Part shown: positions 20,201 to 28,900 of the stretch, one piece after another
Numbering within the stretch: position 1 is the first letter of the stretch
How the letters are laid out: the number at the start of each line of letters is the position of its first letter
Origin: Candidatus Eiseniibacteriota bacterium
Lineage (GTDB): Bacteria; Eisenbacteria; RBG-16-71-46; DASYSL01
Assembly: GCA_031431875.1 (NCBI GenBank)
Contig: JANPEF010000091.1
Span: forward strand, 35,977 to 99,976
Direction of reading: 5' to 3'
DNA: 64,000 nucleotides
The notes under the pieces: model-generated
What the model was told of the DNA's origin: nothing
What the model saw: the letters and a program-made list of their open reading frames with translations, nothing else
The model's database searches: none
Position numbers and translations under genes: made by a program

Positions 20201-21806
20201 CGCCCGCTCGTTCGACGGCGCGACGCAGTGGCTGGAGGCGAACGACGCGCCCGGGCTCAACTTCGGTGCCGGCGACCTGACGATCGACGCGTGGGTCCGC
20301 ACGGAAGCGGCGACGGGCATCCGGCGCATCGTCGACAAGCGCACGCCCGATCCGGCGCAGGGCTACTCGCTGTACCTGAAGAACGGGCGCCTCGCGCTGG
20401 GCCTGGGCGCGCCGCCCAACGCCTCGATGAGCGAGTACTGGTCGCCCACGGCGCCGTTCGTGGCCGACGGGCAGTGGCACCACGTCGCGGGCGTGCTCGA
20501 GCGCGCCGACGCGCTCGCGGGAACGCGCCTGTACGTCGATGGCAGCCTGGTCGCCAGCTGGCCCGCATTCGATCCGGCAGGCAACCTGACGAACACCGAG
20601 AAGCTGCGGATCGGCGCGGGCGTGGGCTTCGGCCCGCCGGTCGAACACTTCCCCGGCGAGATCGACGAGGTCGAGCTGTTCCAGCGCGCCCTCTCGGCGA
20701 GCGCGATCCTCGGCGTCGCCCAGGCCGACACGCTGGGCAAGTGCAAGGAGTTCGTCTACGTGCCGGCGGTGAGCAGCCTGTGCCGGGATCGCAACGACGT
20801 CACGGTGACCATTTCGGTCTGCAACTACTCGACGGCGGCGCAGAGCTATCAGCTGACGTTCGCCGGGCTGCCTGCGACGCCGCCGTGCACGTTCCCCGGA
20901 CCGACCACGTTCCAGGTGATCGGACCCAATCCGGTCACCGTCCCGGCCAACGGCTGCGTGGCGGTGCAGGTGAAGATCACGCGGCCGGTCGCGATGCCGC
21001 TCAACACGAACGCGTGCTGGCAGGTGACCGCGACGAACACGGCGACGAACCTGCCGATCGTGGGCCAGGGCACGGTCGTCGCGGCCCGCCGCTGGTGCGA
21101 CCTGATCGCCGTGCCGTTCCTCGACGGTGGGATCGGCCTGGGCGGAACCGGGGCATCAGCGCACCTGCGCTTCAAGGCGACGAACGAGTCGGGCGGGCCG
21201 CTGACGGTGCCGTACACGATCACGGTCGTGGCCGCGCCGGGCTCGGAGGGCGACACCGGTGGCGGCGGGCTCGGCGATCCGCCGGGCGTGATGCTGAACG
21301 GCCTGCCGCCGGGGGCACCGCTGACGGGCGACGTCGTGCTGGCGAACGGCGCGACGGCGGACATCGAAGTCGAGGCGACGTTCGCCGAGCCGCGCTCGTT
21401 CCGGTTCTACGACGTGGTGCTGCGCATGGACGACGACGAGGATGGCGGTGGGGATGCGCTGGCCGCGCACGGGCTCACGTTCCGGGAGGGCGGGTCGCCG
21501 TCGGTGGACGTGCCGCCGCCACCCGCCGCGATCGCCCTGCCGTCCCGGATCGAACTGGGCGCACCGTGGCCGAACCCGGTGACGGGGCGGACGACGGTGC
21601 GCTTCGCGCTACCGCGCGCCGGCGCCATCTCGCTCGCGCTGTACGACATTGCCGGACGTCGCGTACGCATGCTGCACCACGGCGAGGCGGTGGCGGGCCC
21701 GGGGGCGCTGCAGGTCGACTGCGCCGGGCTGCCGCGCGGGCTCTACTTCCTGCGACTGGCGCTTGAAGGCGAATCGGCGGCGCAGCGGATCACGGTCGTG
21801 CGTTAG
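17217..21806 (+). CDS. Secreted M43 (pappalysin-like) zinc metalloprotease with PKD, LamG-like and C-terminal sorting domains
   Basis: HEAGHWLNLFH, ENFMDY Met-turn, PKD motifs (WSFPGG, WNFGD), LamG (DGQWHHVA, IDEVELF), CTD (PNPVTG..YDIAGRRVR..GLYFLRL). Confidence 0.9.
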   Translation: MLARLACAASLLLLVVVLPAHAQSMRTLDPGSSAWSAPVGAEPCMAEDDLVRRLAADPTLAARRELFEQLVAEATRQKLIGGTTNAGPSYVIPVAVHIVHMGGVENISDQQVLSQIYALNRDFADSTGNGAPAVDTKISFCLAQNLPATSSVVWSTTPGITRTFSTQTNHTYGSFVSEQALKAIDYLPSTGYLNIWVVKAISGGSGGVAGYATFPGTVPATLDGIVIRADAFGSNFTPFGSGYTLLPVNDDGKIMTHEAGHWLNLFHTFHGGCSTTGDQVADTPKEQVNRTGCPTTSLASCTAVADPIENFMDYTNDACRFAFTAGQQVRMQTALGAHRAGLVSAANLLAAGCSSGLDPLIILTPGQLCSGGTVQATTTAQAAGMTYAWSFPGGTPAAAATQSASTTYPTPGVYPVTLTVTTAANASATNTKSVYVLACTPIANTCTNWTFGLNQGLSFATGAPVAVAGRIPAAIEAGTTMSDAGGNLLFYSDGVRAIDRTDNVMPNGNGLLAGGSSHTGIITFPRPGSSTQYFLFAMMMLEDSPVPNPLTYSVVDMTLNGGLGDIPFGQKNLPVTLPGNPTFTMEALAAIPHCGGQAWFVISHGGYLDAFKIYVTVVTSAGPVSTNVYPIGLDVPGTTGGSIRPTPDGTKFVITGAATKELAIYDFNRSTGAVTVSLPPTMLEVGGDALLSPNKQLVYYTFSDSGVYGLRQVKLSTMEVREIIRNSAGPIAPGPDGKIYMAPGSQNALHTVNYPDLFNTQNLNECGFNPLSVPLASASTLFGALPNNVVACTGSLLPAAFTAKVTNCLTVQFTTTNCGGPATWNFGDASGGSGLTVSHTYAAPGTYTVTLTATGSNPSVATQTIPLGLAPVSIAGANTACTTAQNYSAIGPASYTYAWSTSGGTPTNASGNNIDVVWLPTGGTLTLTVTDSTTGCTQSIAKLVGPCPVCKSPPLNMNAWWPLDEPTGPTALETVLGSHATDVGAPLHVPGMVRRARSFDGATQWLEANDAPGLNFGAGDLTIDAWVRTEAATGIRRIVDKRTPDPAQGYSLYLKNGRLALGLGAPPNASMSEYWSPTAPFVADGQWHHVAGVLERADALAGTRLYVDGSLVASWPAFDPAGNLTNTEKLRIGAGVGFGPPVEHFPGEIDEVELFQRALSASAILGVAQADTLGKCKEFVYVPAVSSLCRDRNDVTVTISVCNYSTAAQSYQLTFAGLPATPPCTFPGPTTFQVIGPNPVTVPANGCVAVQVKITRPVAMPLNTNACWQVTATNTATNLPIVGQGTVVAARRWCDLIAVPFLDGGIGLGGTGASAHLRFKATNESGGPLTVPYTITVVAAPGSEGDTGGGGLGDPPGVMLNGLPPGAPLTGDVVLANGATADIEVEATFAEPRSFRFYDVVLRMDDDEDGGGDALAAHGLTFREGGSPSVDVPPPPAAIALPSRIELGAPWPNPVTGRTTVRFALPRAGAISLALYDIAGRRVRMLHHGEAVAGPGALQVDCAGLPRGLYFLRLALEGESAAQRITVVR

Positions 21807-21833
21807 GCGCCGCGACGTGGTGCCCCGCCCGGT

Positions 21834-22124
21834 TCAACCGGCCTCGGACTCGTGCTCCTTCAGCATCTGCTGGATCTCCTCGAGGACGAATGCGTTGAGC
21901 TGGATGACGCGGGCTGCCGCGCGGAAGGCCGGCGGCACGATGGCACGGGCCTCCTCCTTGCTGGCGACTTCGACGGTGAACCATGCCTTGTGCTCGCCGT
22001 CCTTGCAGCCCCAATCGGCATGCGTGAGAAAGTGGGAGCCGCTCTTGAGCAGCACCTCGACCGCTCGCAAGCAGGACTGCATCGTCGCCTCGTGCGGGAC
22101 CTCGATCAGGAATTTCACGCTCAT
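21834..22124 (-). CDS. Conserved hypothetical protein (96 aa)
   Basis: GGAGG RBS, clean codon usage, HFLTHADWGCKDGEH motif. Confidence 0.7.
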   Translation of the reverse strand: MSVKFLIEVPHEATMQSCLRAVEVLLKSGSHFLTHADWGCKDGEHKAWFTVEVASKEEARAIVPPAFRAAARVIQLNAFVLEEIQQMLKEHESEAG

Positions 22125-22191
22125 CGCTCAACCCTCCGTGTTGCGAGGCGGCCGCCCGGAGCGGCGACCGCCTCCTGTCGCCCCTGTTTCG

Positions 22192-23067
22192 CTACTGTCG
22201 CGCCATGGCGATGCGCATCGCATCCTGCGGCGTGATCAGGTGATCCGAGTTCTCGGCGGCTTCATCAATGGCGAGCTGCACGCCCTTGATCCGCCCGTTG
22301 AACCCGTTGCCCTGCGAGCCGTAGTCCTCGGACACGAGAGCCCCGGTGTCCTCGCCCACGTCGCAGCCATCGTCGGCGGAGTAGATCATCGCCAGTGTCG
22401 CAGGGATGACTTCCTCGCCGACCTGCTTGCCGTCGGTGAACAGCGTCACCTTGCCGCCCTTCGCGTACAGGCTCCACCCGCCGATGTGCGCGCCCTGCGC
22501 GATGATGACGCCCTCGGCGCCGCCCTTGGGAACGACGATCTCGGCGGTGACGGAGTGCGACTTGTTCTTGAGGTTGAGCACGCAGTTCTCGGACAGGTGC
22601 CCCATGCCGCCGAACAGGATCTGGGTCTTCCCCTTGATCAGCACGGGACGACCGGCAGTGTCGGGGTTCATCTTCTCCATGATCCGGTCGTCGATCGGCA
22701 GGACCTTGTAGCGTGTCGCCTCGATGATCCACAGGCGCTGCAACTCGTGCAGCTTCTGCGGCATCTGCCTGGCGAGGTCGTTGGCCTGGCTCCAGTCCTT
22801 CGTCGTGTCGTACAGCTCCCACACGTCGTCGTCGAGCGGGATGCTCGGTGCCTGGATCCACGGTGTCACGTGCCGGGTCACCGCGGTCCACCCCTTGTGG
22901 TAGATGCCGCGGTTGCCGAACATCTCGAAGTACTGCGTCTCGTGGCGCTCCGCCGCCTTCGCATCGTCGAAGGCGTAGAGCATGCTGACGCCTTCGATGG
23001 CATCCTGCTGCACCCCGTTCACCGAGACGGGCTGCGGCAGGCCCGCCGCCTCGAGAACGGTCGGGGC
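22192..23067 (-). pseudogene. Arylsulfatase C-terminal fragment (N-terminal catalytic half missing)
   Basis: Starts abruptly at APTVLEAAG; TQYFEMFGNRGIY, WELYD, ..AMRIAMARQ are typical of AtsA/AtsD-like sulfatases; no CxPxR motif. Confidence 0.8.
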
Positions 23068-23181
23068 ACGGCGTGGGAATCGGGTGGGATAGTAGCATCG
23101 GACCACGGCTGGCGACACGGAATCCCCGCCCGCGGCGTGAACCACGCGCGGGGATCGTCGCTTCCCGGAGCAGGTCGCGCC

Positions 23182-23337
23182 CTACTTCAGGTACGTGACC
23201 CGCACCTTCTTCGCCTCGTTGCCGATGCGCATCTGGATGAAGTACATGCCGCTCCGCGCGGTCGCGCCGCGCTCGTCCCGGCCGTTCCACACCACGACGT
23301 AGCGCCCTGCCGACTGCGTGTCGACGGCCAGCGTGCG
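23182..23337 (-). repeat. Orphan 156-bp copy of the 3' end (sorting domain) of gene 25968..29957
   Basis: Aligns to 25968-26123 with 7 substitutions (manual count). Weaker similarity continues into the 3' UTR hairpin. Confidence 0.9.
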
Positions 23338-23369
23338 GGCTCAGCCGCGCGCTGCCGGTGTCATCCAAA

Positions 23370-25385
23370 TCAGCGCGCGACGATCACGCGTTCGACGCGC
23401 TGCTCGGCCCCGAACTCGAATCGCGCGAGATAGACACCGGAGGCGAGCTTGCGACCGGCGTCGTCGAGTCCATCCCACGCCACACTCTGCGCGCCCGCCT
23501 GGAAAGACGCGTCGGCCACGGTGCGGCGGCGGCGGCCGGCGTGGTCGTAGAGCGCGAGACGCACATGGCCCTCGCGCGGCAGGGCGAACCGAAAGCGTCC
23601 ACCGGCCGACGTGGGGTTGGGCGCCAGCCCGGCGAACGCGAGCGTGGAGCCGCCGGAACCCGCGGGCACGTCGACCGCTGCACAGGTGGCGATGTCGCAC
23701 GCCGGAATCGCTGCATTGGGGGTGATGGACCCGCAGGCACCTCCGCCGGCCTGCGTGACGGTCAAGTTGCTCGCGAGGGCTCCCTGACCCCCGGCCTGGC
23801 CGTTGTTTCCATCCCCGTCCGGGGTGCCCTCCGCGAGGGGAGCCGAAACCCCGCCGGTGCCGCCGGCCCCTGCCGAGCCGCCGTTGATCACGACGTTCAC
23901 GTTGTTGGCGACGACTCCACCACAACTGACGAAGGCGACACTTGCGCCACCACCACCACCACCACCGCCACCAGCGTGTCCGCCGTGAGCTCCCGCGCCG
24001 CCCCGGCCCCCGCGCCGCCCATTGGTGCCAAGGCCACCCGATCCGCCAAGCCCACCCTCCTGCCCGCGGCCGCCCGTGCCACCGCTGCCCCCGCTCCCCC
24101 CAGTTCCGCGGGTGATCACGCAGTCCTGGATGTCGAGATGTGACGCGGCGAGAAGGATCCCATAGCTGCCGCCCCCGGCCCCGCCGGCACCACCGGCGCC
24201 AGTTGCCGCACATCCCCCGGCCCCGCCGCCGCCGCCGCCTGCACCGTAGGCGTCGACCCCGGAGTCACAACCTCCCTCGCCGCCACCTCCGCCGCCGCCC
24301 CCACCGTTCGCCCCGAGCTGACCCGCTGTTCCCGCGGCCGCGACAAGAAAACCTGCAGCCAGGCTCGGGGTCGAGCTTCCGCCCGATCCGCCGCTGCCAT
24401 TCTGCAGGTGTCCCGGGTTGCCCGTTCCTCCCGACGTGCAAAACGATCCCCCGTCTCCACCGGTCCCCAGGAGCGCGAGGACGTGCGCGGCGCTGCCTCC
24501 CACGTTCCCGGGCCTGGCCTCGAAGTTGTTGTTGAATAGCTCGCAGTGGGTGTCCATGGTGCCGCCCGTGCCGCCGTCTCCACCGTTCGGCAGGACGACT
24601 CCCGCGCACGTGTTCGTCCCGCCCGGCCCGGCCGATCCGCGAGACGCGTCGTTGCACGTCGTGGCGAACTGATCGCCGGTGCCACCGGAACCGCCATTCC
24701 TCCCCGCCGTGCGCGGGATGTTCATCGCATCGCTCCCGTTTGCGCCGCCCGCCCCGGCCACACCATTGCCGGCAATCAGCGTCACGTCGCGCAGGACGAG
24801 GTTTGACTGCAGGGCATGAATGACATACGAGCTCTTGCCCGAGATTCCGGTCAACCCCTGGGCAGCGGCGCCGACCAGGACGAGATTGCTCAGCACGGGT
24901 GCCGTCACGAGATTACTCAGAAGGACGGTCCTGGTCTGGCCCTGCACCTGGTTCGCCACCCCGATGATGCGGACACGATGGGCCAGGTCGGCGCGCGGAC
25001 CGAGCTGCCAGTTCGTGTCGAATCCGCCAGTGAGCGCGATTCCGTCGTGCAGGGTGATCGTCCCGGTGTAGTCGCCGGCCTGCACGAAGACACAGGACAG
25101 GCCATCCTCGACCGCGCGATCGAGTCCCTTCTGGACCGTACGGCAGGGTGTGCCGGGTGTGAGGCCGCAGGTCGGACCATCGATGCCGGTCGTTGTCACC
25201 AGGATGCCGCAGGTCAACGACTGCAGGCGCACCGGACCGTTGACGCTGACGCCGGACGCCGGGGCTGCGAAGGCGGCCGGGAGCGGTCCAAGGATGCCCA
25301 GGCAGGCTGCGAGAATTACGTGCACCAGGTGGCACGGACGAATCGTCGGGATGACCCGGGCGGGTCCAGCGATCCACGGAAACAT
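23370..25385 (-). CDS. Secreted glycine-rich (PE-PGRS-like) protein with beta-helix-like N-terminus and C-terminal sorting domain
   Basis: AAGGAG RBS before MFPWIAG; PCRTVQKGL motif; long GGxGG tracts; CTD (PNPTS..YDHAGR..WDGLDDAGRKLASGVY). Confidence 0.85.
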   Translation of the reverse strand: MFPWIAGPARVIPTIRPCHLVHVILAACLGILGPLPAAFAAPASGVSVNGPVRLQSLTCGILVTTTGIDGPTCGLTPGTPCRTVQKGLDRAVEDGLSCVFVQAGDYTGTITLHDGIALTGGFDTNWQLGPRADLAHRVRIIGVANQVQGQTRTVLLSNLVTAPVLSNLVLVGAAAQGLTGISGKSSYVIHALQSNLVLRDVTLIAGNGVAGAGGANGSDAMNIPRTAGRNGGSGGTGDQFATTCNDASRGSAGPGGTNTCAGVVLPNGGDGGTGGTMDTHCELFNNNFEARPGNVGGSAAHVLALLGTGGDGGSFCTSGGTGNPGHLQNGSGGSGGSSTPSLAAGFLVAAAGTAGQLGANGGGGGGGGGEGGCDSGVDAYGAGGGGGGAGGCAATGAGGAGGAGGGSYGILLAASHLDIQDCVITRGTGGSGGSGGTGGRGQEGGLGGSGGLGTNGRRGGRGGAGAHGGHAGGGGGGGGGASVAFVSCGGVVANNVNVVINGGSAGAGGTGGVSAPLAEGTPDGDGNNGQAGGQGALASNLTVTQAGGGACGSITPNAAIPACDIATCAAVDVPAGSGGSTLAFAGLAPNPTSAGGRFRFALPREGHVRLALYDHAGRRRRTVADASFQAGAQSVAWDGLDDAGRKLASGVYLARFEFGAEQRVERVIVAR

Positions 25386-25526
25386 GGGCGGCTCCTTGCA
25401 GTTCGCGCACGGATTGAGGCTGAACAGGCGGGGCGATTCCGGATGTGCGCCGGTGTCGAATGGCGAAACATCATACACCCAGACGGGGGAGCTCACAAGG
25501 TTCGGGGAGCTTTCGTGGACCATGGA

Positions 25527-25790
25527 TCAGAAGACCGGCTTTCAGCCCAGCCGGAACGACAGCGCGCCGATCGTGGCCAGCGAGTCGACGTCGATGTCCC
25601 CGCGGTAGCGAAGATCGGTGGCGAAACTCTGCCGCAAGAGGATCGAGTAGGCGAACCGCGTGGCCGACTCCCCGCCCGCGACGAAGTTGCCAGCGATGAG
25701 CGCGGGCGAGGTCGCGAGAGCGCAAAACGTGCAGGCGGAGAGCAGCAAGGGCAACAGGAGAGCCGAAGTTCAGCGTTGCGACGGGCGGGG
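25527..25790 (-). pseudogene. Degraded outer-membrane beta-barrel gene relic
   Basis: Signal-peptide-like stretch, then ...IGALSFRLG*KPVF* with in-frame stops; parallels 16976-17065. Confidence 0.45.
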
Positions 25791-25967
25791 GGTCCGTGAG
25801 GAGGTACGTCCAGTGGGATTCCTCCGTCTGCGGATTCCTCCGTAGGGCGCCGAGGCGGCGGCGTGGGGCGAGGGTCATGCGGGGGAATCTGCGCCAGAGC
25901 ACGAAACCCCGCCCACGGCGCGAGCCGCGAGCGGGGATCGATGTGCCCCTTGCTGCGATGGGTCGCG

Positions 25968-28900
25968 CTACTTCAGGTACGTGACCCGCACCCGCTTCGC
26001 CTCGTTGCCGATGCGCATCTGGATGAAGTACATGCCGCTGCGCGCCGTCGCACCGCGCTCGTCCCGGCCGTTCCACACCACGACGTAGCGCCCCGCCGAC
26101 TGCGTGTCGCCGGCCAGCGTGCGCACGAGACGTCCCGCCAGGTCGAACACCTTGATGCTGACCGTCGCGGTTGCCGTGGGCACCTCGTACGCGAGCCGCA
26201 TGCCGTTGCTGAACGGATTCGGCACCGGCCGGTACAGCTCGAGCGCAGGTCCGTCGAGCGGAAGATCGTCGTCGACACCGGTCGTCGCCGGCGTGCCGAT
26301 CTGCAGGCCATCCGGATCCTGGTCGACGACCTGTCCGTTGATCACGGTCTTGAAGTCGTAGTGCAGGCCGCCGACCGGCGGCACGTAAGCGCCGAGGATC
26401 GACTTGAGGCTGTACTTCACCTGGATGATCAGCACGTCGCCCGCCTGCACGCCACTCACCGGAATCGACACCTGACCGGTCGAGGTCTCCGTGCCGCCGC
26501 CGATGCCGTTGCAGTTCTCGTCATAGAGCGTGACCTGCCCCTGGTGGGTGGCGATGAAAGGGGCCGTCGGGCTGTTCTTCTCCTGCACCACCTGGATCGT
26601 GAAGTTCGCGCTCGGGGCGACGACCTTCGACCAGTAGAAGAACACGCCCGGCGCGATGTTCGTGATCACGTTGTTCTCGAGGGCGTAGTTCACGTCGCTC
26701 GAGGGCATGTCCGGGCCCTCGCCGGCCTGGTACGACGTGCACGTCGCGCTCGTGTGCGTGAGCTGGCCTTCGCAGTCGCGGATCCGGTAGACGCCGCTGC
26801 CCGTCGCCTTGCAACCGCGCGCGTCGGTGATCGTCACGCTGTAGCGGCCGGTGTCGGCCACCGCGATGCACCGCGTCGTCGCGCCGTTGCTCCACAGGTA
26901 CGTGTAGGGCGCGAGGCCGTTGGCGGCATTCGCGCACAGCTCGACCGGTGCGACCCCGTCACAGACGATGCGGTTCGGGACGGTGACCGTCGGCTGGGCG
27001 AACGTGATCTTCACCTGGTCGCTCACGGGGCCGCACGGACCGGCGGGATCGTTCGTCGTGAACGTGAGCGTCACGCTGCCCGAGGCGACCTCCCCGGGCG
27101 TCGGCGTGTACGTCGGGTTGAACGAGGAGCGGCCGGGCGCGAACACTCCCGCGCCACCGACCCACGCGCCGCCGTTCGCGGAGCCACCGAGCGTCGCGGT
27201 GAGCTGCACCTGCGGCGTCGCCGCGCAGACGACCTGGTCGGCGCCGGCGTTCACCGTCGGCGCGGGATTGATCACGATCGTCACGAGATCGCTCGCCGGC
27301 GGACAGGGCCGGGTCGAGGTCGCGCTCGTCAGCGTGAGCGTGACGCTTCCGGCCACGATCTCCGCCGGGCTCGGGGTGTAGAACGCATCGAGGTCGTTAC
27401 GGCCCGGGCTGAACGTGCCGGTGCCGCCGGTCCACGTACCGCCCGACACCGGGCCGGTGACGGCGCCGTGAAGCTGCGTGCGCGCGCTGGTCGCGCAGAC
27501 GACCTGGTCGGGACCGGCGTTCACGATCGTGAGCGGATCGATCGTGACGCGCACCTGGTCGGCGACCGGACCGCACGGGCCTGCCGGATCATCTGACGTC
27601 AGCGTGAGCGTGACTCCGCCGGCGGCGATTTCGCCCGGCGACGGGGTGTAGCGCGCGTTGAGCGCGGTCGCGCGCGGGCTGTACGAGCCGCCGCCGCCGC
27701 TCCACGTGCCGCCCGACGCGCCGCCGGTCACCGCGCCGGCGAGCTGCACCTGCGGGCTGCCAGCGCACACGATCTGGTCGGGACCCGCGTAGACGACCGC
27801 GGCCGGGTTGATCGTGATGAGCACCTGGTCGCTGAAGGCGCCGCACGGGCCGGCCGGATCATTCGTGACGAGGGTCAGGAGGACGCTGCCAGCCGTGACC
27901 TCACCGGGCGTCGGCAGGTACGTCGCGTTGAGCGCCGAGCGGCCCGGCGTGAATGTGCCGTTGCCGCCGTTCCACGTGCCGCTGGTCGCGCCGCCGCCAA
28001 CCGAGCCGGCGAGTTGCGCAAGCGGGCTGGTCGCGCAGACGACGAGATCCGTGCCCGCGTTCGCTGTTGCCGCGGGGTTGATCGTGATGCGCAGGGAGGC
28101 GCTCGCCGGCGGACAGGGACCGGTCGGGTCCGCCGTGACGAGCGTAAGGGTGACCCCGCCCGCGGCGATCTCGGCCGCTGTCGGGGTGTAGATGGCATTG
28201 AGCGCCGTGCGGCCCGGGTTGAACGAGCCCGCGCCCCCCGTCCACGACGCGCTCGTCGCGCCGCCGCCGATCGAGCCGGCGAGCTGCACCTGCGGCGCGC
28301 TCGCGCAGACCACCGGGTCCGTGCCCGCAATGGCCGTCGCCGACGGGTTGATCGTGATCCGCATCTGGTCGCTGTACGCGCCGCACGGGCCGGTCGGATC
28401 GTTCGTCTCGAGCGTGAGCGTGACGCCGCCGGCGGTGACCTCATCGGGGCTCGGCAGGTACGTCGCGTTGAGCACCGAGCGCCCCGGCGTGAACGCGCCG
28501 TTGCCTCCGACCCACGAGCCGCTCGCCGCGCCGCCGCCGACCGAGCCGTTGAGCTGCACGAGTGGAGCGCCCGCGCAGACCACCGCGTCGGCGCCCGCGC
28601 TGCCGGTCGCCGCCGGGTCGATGGTGATGCGCATCGTGTCGCTGGCCGGACCGCAGGGACCCGCGGTCGGTACGACGTTGAAGGTGAGCGTGACGCCGCG
28701 CGCGGTGATCTCGGCCGCGGACGGGGTGTAGAGCGCGTTCGCGGCGGTGCGGCCGGGGCTGAACGTGCCCGTGCCGCCGACCCACGTTCCGTTGCCGTTG
28801 CCTGCAAGCGCCGCGAGCTGGACCTGCGGGGCGTTCGCGCAGACGGTCTGGTCGAGGCCGGCATCGGAGGTCGTCGGCGCATTGACGGTGACGATCGCCG

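Noticed and set aside
15228..21766. Very long alternative-frame ORFs (1806 aa, 1244 aa and similar elsewhere)
   Set aside because: Arg/Ala/Gly-rich shadow frames expected in high-GC DNA, overlapping well-supported genes.
23182..26123. 156-bp repeat pair as a DGR template/variable repeat
   Set aside because: Substitutions are not adenine-restricted, are mostly synonymous, and there is no reverse transcriptase in the window.
26990..28880. ~255-bp periodic repeats as a CRISPR or ncRNA array
   Set aside because: They are in-frame, diverged protein domain repeats of the 1329-aa gene.
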